Assembly (NCBI GenBank): GCA_023228645.1
Contig: JALOAT010000060.1
Location: forward strand, 1-20,745
From: Gammaproteobacteria bacterium
Lineage (GTDB): Bacteria; Pseudomonadota; Gammaproteobacteria; Thiohalomonadales; Thiohalomonadaceae
Length of the DNA: 20,745 bases
Direction of reading: 5' to 3'
The notes beneath the pieces are model-generated. The model saw nothing but the letters and a program-made list of their open reading frames with translations. It searched no databases and was not told the origin of the DNA. The position numbers and the translations under genes are program-made. Below, piece by piece: positions 1-6,681 of the stretch (positions are counted from its first letter, which is position 1; every line of letters starts with the position of its first letter).

Positions 1-102
1 GCCAAATGGGTCAAGCAAGGCCATAGTCAAAGTCCATCAAATTGCCGACTTTTGTTGGCTGAAATCCAACGCCTACGAGAATTAGCGAACACACTACGAT
101 GA
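1..102 (+). CDS. 3' end of an upstream gene (partial, C-terminal ~33 aa). Its stop overlaps the next start as ATGA.
   Basis: Frame 1 is open from position 1 to the TGA at 100-102. The ATGA overlap with the next ORF suggests translational coupling. Confidence 0.3.
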   Translation, partial: AKWVKQGHSQSPSNCRLLLAEIQRLRELANTLR

Positions 103-332
103 ACGAGAAGCGATTCTATGTATATGCCAGTTTCTTTAATGGCAAACGCGGCTGGTATAGAATCCGTGGAGTAGATTCTGGTGGCAATTATATTGGCAAT
201 TTCCCTGAAGGTGTTGATAAATTACCAGGTATGAAGTTTTGCCAAGATAGACCAAAAGGCAAACAAGTTAGTGAACACGTGGTCAAAGAATATTTTGGAT
301 ATGTAGGCAAGGAGGTCGAAAATGTCAGTTGA
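99..332 (+). CDS. hypothetical protein (77 aa)
   Basis: ORF from the six-frame track. It is co-directional with its neighbours and packed tightly against them. Confidence 0.45.
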   Translation: MNEKRFYVYASFFNGKRGWYRIRGVDSGGNYIGNFPEGVDKLPGMKFCQDRPKGKQVSEHVVKEYFGYVGKEVENVS

Positions 333-531
333 GTATAGGTTTTCTGAAGAAGAAGTTCAGGAACGCTTTGACGAAATTATGGATCTAGTTGATAAAGAAC
401 GTGCCCACGTGATTATTACTCGCGATGGGGTAGATGTAGCTGCGCTAATTCCGTATGAAGATTGGGAGTTTTATCAATCACTAATTAATAGTGATTGGAA
501 AGAAGTTGGAGAGCGTAATGAAGAAGGTTAA
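322..531 (+). CDS. Phd/YefM-family antitoxin-like protein (69 aa)
   Basis: Strong SD (AAGGAGG) 8 nt upstream of the ATG. The sequence ...RAHVIITRDGVDVAALIPYEDWEFYQSL... matches the Phd/YefM core pattern (ITR-G-PvAVL-s-EeYE-L). Confidence 0.6.
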   Translation: MSVEYRFSEEEVQERFDEIMDLVDKERAHVIITRDGVDVAALIPYEDWEFYQSLINSDWKEVGERNEEG

Positions 532-727
532 TGTAGAAATTACCAATCGTGGCGCTGTTTATGTTAATGATACGCGGATCACAGGACGCCATACTAAATG
601 GGGTGTCCACAATGTCGTATGCAGGTTGGATAAAATTCGCCTTGATAGTGTCCGCCAAGCAATCATAGATGCCGGTTATGGTCATATTAGGCTTGATGAT
701 CAGTATTGTGAGGAAATGGGAATTTGA
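518..727 (+). CDS. hypothetical small protein (~69 aa) translationally coupled to the Phd/YefM-like gene; possible toxin partner or regulator
   Basis: An internal ATG at 518 (MKKVNVEITNRG...) overlaps the 3' end of the upstream ORF. The track start at 491 would overlap more. I recognise no toxin family. Confidence 0.4.
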   Translation: MKKVNVEITNRGAVYVNDTRITGRHTKWGVHNVVCRLDKIRLDSVRQAIIDAGYGHIRLDDQYCEEMGI

Positions 728-1116
728 TAGCTATGAATAGCTATGCTGATCTTAAAAAGAAATATGAAGATCAATTCAAAAATGGCGAACTTTTAGGCCA
801 TAGTGAATTAGCGGAAACTTATAGAGACAGTAACACGTTATGGTTAAAGATTAAAAACAGGCATTCTGGCAACATAGTGCAATCTAATGTTATTGAAGCT
901 ATTTTTGATTGGTCGGAATATGTTGGTATTAGAACTGAAAGCTCATTGTTGAGAAATCCACTTGGATGGCGACGTCATCCAAGTATTATGTTTTGTGATG
1001 AGTATTTTACTGCAATATTTCCAAGATATGATTGGCAGAAAACCGCAGCAATAATTACTTGGGGTGAGTATTTTACGACGAGAAAATTAAATGTTCCTTC
1101 GAGCCAAAGTTATTGA
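724..1116 (+). CDS. hypothetical protein (130 aa)
   Basis: ORF from the track. Its start overlaps the upstream stop (ATGA-type junction). Confidence 0.5.
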   Translation: MIAMNSYADLKKKYEDQFKNGELLGHSELAETYRDSNTLWLKIKNRHSGNIVQSNVIEAIFDWSEYVGIRTESSLLRNPLGWRRHPSIMFCDEYFTAIFPRYDWQKTAAIITWGEYFTTRKLNVPSSQSY

Positions 1117-1420
1117 AGTCAACAATCATTTCGATATTTCTATGATTTCATCTATTGTTATTGGTACTAATGATGCTGATGGTTTTAAGCGATGGATGGA
1201 TAGAAATTATTTGTTTATTACGCTTGGCAGTTTTGGCACGATGGTTTGTCCAGTTGCTAATTTTGATCAATATGTAAAGCTACTATACCAAAGAAGTAAC
1301 CAACCTAACATTGATAAAATTATTAAAAAGTGGGGAATTTATGACCCAAATCAAAAAACTTTTCTTGAAAAAACAAAAGGGTGGTTGACATTCAATTTTG
1401 GTTCGTTTATAGACGTGTAA
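1091..1420 (+). CDS. hypothetical protein (109 aa). It overlaps the upstream ORF by 26 nt in the +1 frame.
   Basis: ORF from the track. The overlap could be a later true start, a frameshift or a sequencing error. Confidence 0.4.
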   Translation: MFLRAKVIEVNNHFDISMISSIVIGTNDADGFKRWMDRNYLFITLGSFGTMVCPVANFDQYVKLLYQRSNQPNIDKIIKKWGIYDPNQKTFLEKTKGWLTFNFGSFIDV

Positions 1421-1421
1421 T

Positions 1422-1494
1422 GCCTCTGTAGCTCAGTGGATAGAGCGCCGTGCTTCGAACGCGGAGGTCGTAGGTTCGATCCCTACCAGGGGCT
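1422..1494 (+). tRNA. tRNA-Arg (anticodon TCG)
   Basis: Manual fold. Acceptor GCCTCTG/CAGGGGC (one G-U pair). D-arm GCTC-AGTGGATA-GAGC. Anticodon stem CCGTG/CGCGG with loop CTTCGAA, so U33 and anticodon UCG. Variable region AGGTC. T-arm GTAGG-TTCGATC-CCTAC. Discriminator T. CCA is not encoded. Confidence 0.9.
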
Positions 1495-1513
1495 CAAATG
1501 ATAGGAGAGAATA

Positions 1514-2215
1514 ATGTCAGTTAGAGCAGCTTTAGCAAAACTTGCCGCGTGTGCGTGTGGATGTGCGGTTATTGGCGGCGGCGCCGTTCACGTCGCTGAA
1601 GCACAACGCCCAGGTATTTTGAAAACTGTTAAGCCTGTCAAAACGGCTAAACATACTCCATCACGCACTGTTAGACGACACCGCACGGTTGTTACTTATA
1701 GACCAAGTCGTACAGAACCGGTTCAATCAGCCCAAGTTACTCAGGTTATAAATGTTATGCCGCAAGCATTGCCAGAGCAGCAAATGGTCAATGCTGGTGG
1801 CGGCGCGACGGCGACGGTTGTTAGTGGTAGTTCTGGTTCTTCTGGATTTTCTGGATCGTTTGGCGGCTTTGGCGGCGGCTTTTTTGGTGGTTCGAGTGGC
1901 GGTTCAGTAATCATATCATCCACCTCAAGTGGTAGTACAAGTACGTCGACTAGTTCTAGTTCTTCATCAAGTTCAAGTACATCAACGAGCTCGAGCACTT
2001 CTGGTGGTATTAGCACATCTGGTGGTTTTGGCTCGTCAAGTTCTTCGTCGAGTAGTACAAGTGGTGGGTGGTCAACTTCTACGTCAGGGGGATCGACTGG
2101 AAATCCACCAGTCGACGTTCCTGAACCGTCTTCAGTAATTTTGTTTGGATTGGGAGTTTTGGGTCTAATTGTAGGCAGGAAGCTTTCAACCCCCAAGAGA
2201 GATACCATAAGCTGA
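1514..2215 (+). CDS. secreted Ser/Gly/Thr-rich repeat protein with a C-terminal PEP-CTERM-type sorting signal (233 aa)
   Basis: N-terminal signal-peptide-like segment MSVRAALAKLAACACGCAVIGGGAVHVAEA. A long G/S/T low-complexity core. C-terminus ...PPVDVPEPSSVILFGLGVLGLIVGRKLSTPKR = a VPEP motif, a hydrophobic helix and a basic cluster. SD AGGAGAG upstream. GC is clearly higher than in the flanks. Confidence 0.6.
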   Translation: MSVRAALAKLAACACGCAVIGGGAVHVAEAQRPGILKTVKPVKTAKHTPSRTVRRHRTVVTYRPSRTEPVQSAQVTQVINVMPQALPEQQMVNAGGGATATVVSGSSGSSGFSGSFGGFGGGFFGGSSGGSVIISSTSSGSTSTSTSSSSSSSSSTSTSSSTSGGISTSGGFGSSSSSSSSTSGGWSTSTSGGSTGNPPVDVPEPSSVILFGLGVLGLIVGRKLSTPKRDTIS

Positions 2216-2541
2216 GCTATCGCGGGGCAACTCGAGGAAGTTCAGGATTGGCGTGGGAAACGAGTGGGAGAGGTAGTAGGCTTGGATCAGTATGTCAAGC
2301 CGAAGAATGCCATAGTAAGACGTATCGTTCTTTGCTATGGTTCTCGCTAATCACCACCGTGATTGAGCCAACAAGCCAAACAGGACCTGGCAATTTCCCA
2401 GTTATAGGTCCGGGTTGGTGCAGCCCTGAAGCGATAAGCTTCGTGGATAATTCCGGGGCCAGACGTATGTCTGAGACGAATGATAGCATAATACAGAATC
2501 CTGGCTATAGGCTTATGGTAACTTGAAAGAAAGGCAAATAA

Positions 2542-3042
2542 ATGTTTGGACGTAAAAAGAAAGAAATCAATACCGGATCCTACACTGTCGACTTTTCAGA
2601 TAAAACTCAATCAGTAAATAATACTGATACAGTTTTAGAATCATATTTCAATGATCCAGTTGAGGAAGATGGACCTCAAGAAGATTTCAATCCAATCGAC
2701 AAACTATACTATTTCCTGTCAGATTTGATGGATGTGTATGAGGATTGGTCTGTTTCTGAATCCGGAATCGACAATGAAGGATATACCAATTATACTGTAA
2801 TACATAGAACAAAACCAATAACTGTCAATTTTAACAGTTATAATAATGAAAATGAAGCAACAGTTTTAATTTCTGGTGAAGATGTTGAAAATATTATAGG
2901 ATATGATATGACAGCAGATTTGGCTGATAAAATATATGATATAATCAACGAGGTTGAGGAAAGATTGGAAGAAGAGCGCGAAGTTAGAAATAACGAATCA
3001 GCTCAACGAATTCTTGATATGCTTGGATATGGAGAAGATTGA
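2542..3042 (+). CDS. highly acidic hypothetical protein (166 aa)
   Basis: ORF from the track with SD AAAGGCAAA. The protein is very rich in D and E. Confidence 0.55.
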   Translation: MFGRKKKEINTGSYTVDFSDKTQSVNNTDTVLESYFNDPVEEDGPQEDFNPIDKLYYFLSDLMDVYEDWSVSESGIDNEGYTNYTVIHRTKPITVNFNSYNNENEATVLISGEDVENIIGYDMTADLADKIYDIINEVEERLEEEREVRNNESAQRILDMLGYGED

Positions 3043-3242
3043 TGAAACTTTCTGAAACACAGCTTGATCAAATGATCACACTCTGGCACGATGATAAATC
3101 AATTCTTTGTGAACTCCACGAATTTTTGGGTTTGTCTAAAGAAGATTATTCTAAATGGGTTAAAACTCCTAGTTTTCAACCTGAAAGTGATTTGGATGAA
3201 GATGAAGTTAATTTCATTCTGAGTATGAAAGGAAGATGTTAA
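3039..3242 (+). CDS. hypothetical protein (67 aa)
   Basis: Its start overlaps the upstream stop (ATGA). ORF from the track. Confidence 0.5.
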   Translation: MMKLSETQLDQMITLWHDDKSILCELHEFLGLSKEDYSKWVKTPSFQPESDLDEDEVNFILSMKGRC

Positions 3243-4468
3243 TGTCGGTTCACATTTTTGGCGGTGGAACCTTTTTTCACGTTCGCAACCATATGGCGCT
3301 TTGCGCACCAGCATTTGGTAAAACTGCTCGATATATTAATACCTTTTATGACGATGCATTCTTGCATTTGACAAAAATGGCTGATCCAAATTCAATTCTT
3401 GATACCAATGAAGATGTTGAATATAAGCTTGATAAGCTCATTGAGGATCCTTATTGCAAGATCATCTATTTCAATGTTGCACTTTGTGATTATGAGGGAT
3501 CTATCTTGGATGGCACTCTTGAAGATTGTATAACTCCATCAGGAAAATACGCTCCTCGACTTAAAACTCGAGAAGGTCTACAGCATATGCGCCTCACGCC
3601 GGCAGCTAAGTTGATTGGCAAGATTCGCAAGACTCGCAAGGATATTTTTGTTGTTGGATTTAAGACGACCTGCAACGCAACACCTGATGAGCAATATCTT
3701 GCAGCATTGAATATGTTGAAAGAAAATTCTATCAACTTGGTTCTCGCGAACGATACAGGTAATCGTCGAAATATGATTGTTGCTCCAGAAGAAACTCGCT
3801 ATTGCGTTACTACTGATCGAAATAAAGCACTTACAACTTTGGTAGAAATGACCAATAGCAGGTCTCGAAACACTTTTACCCGATCGACGGTAATTGATGG
3901 CGATCTTGTTCCTTGGAATTCAAATGAAATTCCTGACAATTTGCGACAGGTGGTCAATCACTGCATCAAAAGAGGAGCATACAAGCCCTTCCGGGGATCA
4001 ACTGCTGGTCACTTTGCAGTCAAGGTGAATGAACACGAAGTTTTGACATCTGTTCGCAAGACAAATTATAATGATTTGGATAAAAGCGGATTGGTTCGAA
4101 TTGAATACGACGGTCTCGATAAAGTCATTGCGCACGGCGCGAAGCCAAGTGTTGGAGGTCAGAGTCAGAGAATTGTGTTTGACGAGCATCCAGATTTGGA
4201 CTGTATTGTACATTTCCATTGTCCTACTAAGGAAAATGTTCGTGATTCGCTATCACACGTGGATCAGGCGCCATCAGAATGCGGGTCACACCAATGCGGG
4301 TCAAGAACATCAAAAGGATTAAAGTCTTTTGGGAATCTGGAAGCAGTGATGCTTGATAATCACGGGCCAAATATTGTCTTTTCTAAGGATACCCCAGCTC
4401 AAGAAGTTATTGATTTTATTGAAGCAAACTTTGATCTTGAAGCTAAGACTGGTGGCTTGGTAAGTTAA
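3236..4468 (+). CDS. two-domain enzyme: N-terminal CoaB/DFP-like (phosphopantothenate-cysteine ligase-like) domain fused to a C-terminal class II aldolase/adducin-like (FucA/MtnB-like) domain
   Basis: N-terminal IFGGGTFFHVRNHMALCAPAFGKTARYI is reminiscent of the CoaB motif [24 protein letters not shown]. Further on, DIFVVGFKTTCNATPDEQYLAALNMLKENSINLVLANDTGN is reminiscent of CoaB ...YVVGFAAETNNV...KNLDLICANDVSQ. C-terminal GSTAGHFAVKV...AHGAKPSVGG...HPDLDCIVHFHCP...LDNHGPNIV parallels the class II aldolase motifs GTAGNVSVR / KLPSSEW / AVVHNHAVH / LLQHHG. The His metal ligands are retained, but the conserved Glu is VGG here. The alternative start ATG at 3242 has better SD spacing. Confidence 0.6.
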   Translation: MLMSVHIFGGGTFFHVRNHMALCAPAFGKTARYINTFYDDAFLHLTKMADPNSILDTNEDVEYKLDKLIEDPYCKIIYFNVALCDYEGSILDGTLEDCITPSGKYAPRLKTREGLQHMRLTPAAKLIGKIRKTRKDIFVVGFKTTCNATPDEQYLAALNMLKENSINLVLANDTGNRRNMIVAPEETRYCVTTDRNKALTTLVEMTNSRSRNTFTRSTVIDGDLVPWNSNEIPDNLRQVVNHCIKRGAYKPFRGSTAGHFAVKVNEHEVLTSVRKTNYNDLDKSGLVRIEYDGLDKVIAHGAKPSVGGQSQRIVFDEHPDLDCIVHFHCPTKENVRDSLSHVDQAPSECGSHQCGSRTSKGLKSFGNLEAVMLDNHGPNIVFSKDTPAQEVIDFIEANFDLEAKTGGLVS

Positions 4469-4479
4469 TTCTTACCAAG
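4456..4479. terminator. 9-bp perfect hairpin (CTTGGTAAG-TTAATT-CTTACCAAG) spanning the convergent stop codons of 3236..4468(+) and 4465..5310(-)
   Basis: Inverted repeat seen directly. There is no clean T-run on either side, so its role as a bidirectional terminator is tentative. Confidence 0.35.
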
Positions 4480-5310
4480 CAACTCTTTCCAAGTAATTTG
4501 AATTCCGCGTTTTTTGTAAGCCTCGACTGGATTTGAATAAACTCCGGTTGGGGTTTCATTATTTCTAAAATATGTCAACCATTCTCTTGATGTTTTTGAA
4601 TTTGTTGATTTGAAATATTCTTTAAATTCATCCAATGGCATAATATTTTCCATATAACGTTGTGATAATGCTTCTTGTGCTTTAATTTGGGCCTCCGTTT
4701 TTGGCAATCCTTTTCTTTTTAAAGACCATCGCTTTTTAGTTTCTTCGGAATGTTTATAGCCTTTACGCTTTTCGGCAATTTCTTTATATTGCTCGTCAGA
4801 CAACAATTTTCGTCCCTTTAATGAATTGCTAATTTTTTTCTTTGTTTCTTCGGATATGGTGCGCCCTTTTTGATGTTGTGGGGCCGCCATCTGTGCTTCA
4901 GTTTTTGGTTTACCTTTTCGCTGTTGGCTTAATAATTGCTTGGTAGATTCTGAATGAATCATTCCAGCAGTGCTTTCGCCACCATTCGTTAAGTTACTCA
5001 ATGGCCCTAAATTTAAATTATATCTTCCAATAACTTTAATGAAATGTATTTCCCACAATTGTGCTTCTTGTTTGGAAAGATTTTCTTTTAATTTAATAAT
5101 TATCGGTTTCTGGCCTAAATCTAATATATGTTTAATTTTTCCATTTTTTATAGGATTACAATTAGAATTCAAGCTGTCAGTTTTTAAATGAGCTTGATAT
5201 CGTTTACCTTTGCCCATTCCAATATAAAATGGCTCAAAATCAAAATTTTCTCCATTATAAGAAAAATTTCCTGGCTTTCTTGGATCTAAATATGCGTAAA
5301 CATAAAACAT
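4465..5310 (-). CDS. GIY-YIG homing endonuclease with NUMOD3-type repeats (free-standing, opposite strand to its neighbours)
   Basis: N-terminus MFYVYAYLDPRKPG...PFYIGMGKGKRY carries the GIY...YIG motifs. Central repeats (SEETKKKISNSLKGRK; SEETKKRWSLKRKG) are NUMOD3-like. C-terminal tail NPVEAYKKRGIQITWKEL is shared with the second endonuclease. Confidence 0.8.
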   Translation of the reverse strand: MFYVYAYLDPRKPGNFSYNGENFDFEPFYIGMGKGKRYQAHLKTDSLNSNCNPIKNGKIKHILDLGQKPIIIKLKENLSKQEAQLWEIHFIKVIGRYNLNLGPLSNLTNGGESTAGMIHSESTKQLLSQQRKGKPKTEAQMAAPQHQKGRTISEETKKKISNSLKGRKLLSDEQYKEIAEKRKGYKHSEETKKRWSLKRKGLPKTEAQIKAQEALSQRYMENIMPLDEFKEYFKSTNSKTSREWLTYFRNNETPTGVYSNPVEAYKKRGIQITWKELLGKN

Positions 5311-5315
5311 TTTAC

Positions 5316-5344
5316 TTGACCTTTTTAGGTTATTTAGTTATAAA
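5316..5344 (+). promoter_or_regulatory. sigma70-like promoter TTGACC-17-TATAAA
   Basis: TTGACC at 5316-5321, a 17-nt spacer, TATAAA at 5339-5344, upstream of the 5374 ORF. Confidence 0.5.
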
Positions 5345-5373
5345 TGCGGTGCAAATACAAATTGGAGATATTA

Positions 5374-5613
5374 ATGTCAGATACTGAAAGTTATTATTCT
5401 ACCCATAATGCTGTTTGGAGCGAATCGAAGGGTGAATGGATTGAATATGAAAATTCAAATCCACCATTTCGAACCAAATTTCCAATGTGGCTTATTGTAG
5501 GAGCATATGAGATTTGGATTCTTCCAATTCTTCGCTTCCCTGCCAAGATTGAAGCTGCTATTACTCGAAAGCTTGATCGTATGGATGAAAACCATCAGAA
5601 TCGAGCCAGGTAA
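5374..5613 (+). CDS. hypothetical protein (79 aa)
   Basis: ATG at 5374 is preceded by SD TGGAGA. The track start at 5344 would overlap the -10 element. Confidence 0.5.
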   Translation: MSDTESYYSTHNAVWSESKGEWIEYENSNPPFRTKFPMWLIVGAYEIWILPILRFPAKIEAAITRKLDRMDENHQNRAR

Positions 5614-5879
5614 TGGTTACGTATCGAATTAAACGCCGCTCGTGCGGTGATTATGAAATTCACCGCAAGGTAGGCTTCTTTTTCTGGAAGCACGATGGTG
5701 GCGACCGCAGGCTAAAATCCGAAGACCGTTCGAGAGGGTTTCGATATTGGTACGACACATATGAACAGGCTAAGAGAGGCCTTGCTGCTCGAGAAGATTT
5801 TGACAAGCTTTCGGCAGCCGAAGGTGGTACTTTGGGTGAAAAGATTTTCTATAAACCTTTCCCTGAAAAGGAAGATTGA
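5613..5879 (+). CDS. hypothetical protein (88 aa)
   Basis: Its start overlaps the upstream stop (TAATG). Confidence 0.5.
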   Translation: MVTYRIKRRSCGDYEIHRKVGFFFWKHDGGDRRLKSEDRSRGFRYWYDTYEQAKRGLAAREDFDKLSAAEGGTLGEKIFYKPFPEKED

Positions 5880-5882
5880 TAG

Positions 5883-5911
5883 TTGACATAGTTTTGTCCA
5901 TTTAGTATAAA
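5883..5911 (+). promoter_or_regulatory. sigma70-like promoter TTGACA-17-TATAAA
   Basis: TTGACA at 5883-5888, a 17-nt spacer, TATAAA at 5906-5911, upstream of 5975. Confidence 0.55.
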
Positions 5912-5974
5912 TGGAATATTGATAAAAACCATACTGATCCAAACGTTGTAGGTTGTCAACAAAGGAGAAGTAAA

Positions 5975-6292
5975 ATGGTTAGATTATCAAAAGCTGTCCT
6001 AGCTCGTCAGATCAGGTCAGAAGTTCATTATCCAGATGATGGGGATACCCTCGGAATTATGGTAGAACGCTATGGCCCTGGCGCATATTTGGACATTGTT
6101 TACGATTATAGTGATGTGACTGTTCGTATCATTACAAATCGTGAAGAAACAGACGATGAATATAATGCTAGAATTGAAGCACACCGAGTAGCTTTGCAGG
6201 CTGAAACCGACAGGAAAAAGAAAGCAAAGGCGAAAAAGGAAGCTGAAGAACGAGCATTGTATGAAAAGTTGAGAGAAAAGTATGGAGAGTGA
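5975..6292 (+). CDS. hypothetical protein (105 aa) with a Lys/Glu-rich C-terminus
   Basis: SD AAAGGAGAAG precedes the ATG. A 7-bp hairpin (ATGGAGA-GTGA-TCTCCAT) overlaps the stop codon. Confidence 0.55.
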   Translation: MVRLSKAVLARQIRSEVHYPDDGDTLGIMVERYGPGAYLDIVYDYSDVTVRIITNREETDDEYNARIEAHRVALQAETDRKKKAKAKKEAEERALYEKLREKYGE

Positions 6293-6313
6293 TCTCCATA
6301 CTTTCTACTTTAT

Positions 6314-6378
6314 GCAGTCTTAGTTTAAGATAAAATATTGATTAATCAATGATCTAGGTTCAAATCCTGGCGACTGTA
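6314..6378 (+). other. tRNA-like degenerate element: acceptor-like stem, D-arm-like and T-arm present, but the anticodon arm is replaced by the palindrome ATTGATTAATCAAT
   Basis: 5' GCAGTCT-TA-GTTT-AAGATA-AAAT, then the palindrome (6337-6350), then CTAGG-TTCAAAT-CCTGG-CGACTGT-A. The acceptor pairs 6/7. There is no 7-nt anticodon loop. Confidence 0.3.
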
Positions 6379-6560
6379 CAAACAGACCAAAAAGGCGATA
6401 AGCCTGCAGGAAGGCAGAAACTGCGGCCTTGAATATGGAAGATACCTTTTCAGTCTTCTGTATAAAGTAGATCCGGAATATATTTGATATTCTCGGACTG
6501 GTATAGCTTTGTCGTGAAAAGGGGGGCTATACGAAAGACATAGGTTTTGGTTTGTTGATA

Positions 6561-6588
6561 GGGTGGCATTTGTGCCGCCCTTTCTTAT
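6561..6588 (+). terminator. rho-independent terminator (GGGTGGCA-TTTG-TGCCGCCC followed by TTTCTT)
   Basis: 8-bp stem with one G-U pair, a tetraloop and a T-rich tail. It closes the 6300-6560 non-coding unit. Confidence 0.55.
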
Positions 6589-6593
6589 TATGA

Positions 6594-6622
6594 TTGACAG
6601 GTAAATTGGTATCTGCTATATC
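6594..6622 (+). promoter_or_regulatory. sigma70-like promoter TTGACA-17-TATATC
   Basis: TTGACA at 6594-6599, a 17-nt spacer, TATATC at 6617-6622, upstream of the flotillin-like gene. Confidence 0.5.
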
Positions 6623-6681
6623 ATAACCAAGCTAACTAAGGTGGTTGGCTGTTCATTATTGTTTTCTTGAAAGGAAAATGA

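Noticed and set aside
485-685. Minus-strand ORFs overlapping plus-strand genes (485..685, 3099..3314, 3490..3735, 3998..4219, 7119..7325, 7855..8112, 8243..8458, 8859..9143, 11318..11652, 12014..12518, 16170..16463, 18040..18598, 19016..19198 and others)
   Set aside because: All are antisense to longer, better-supported + strand genes in a uniformly + oriented, tightly packed block. They have no SD support.
1741-2208. 155-aa ORF on the minus strand
   Set aside because: It lies entirely antisense within the GC-rich, repeat-rich PEP-CTERM gene. It is a typical shadow ORF in low-complexity high-GC sequence.
2248-2526. 92-aa + strand ORF
   Set aside because: No ribosome-binding site. It sits in a GC-rich segment dominated by stable hairpins. 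The composition is odd (Cys/Trp/Gly scatter). It is more likely non-coding; see the finding on this segment.
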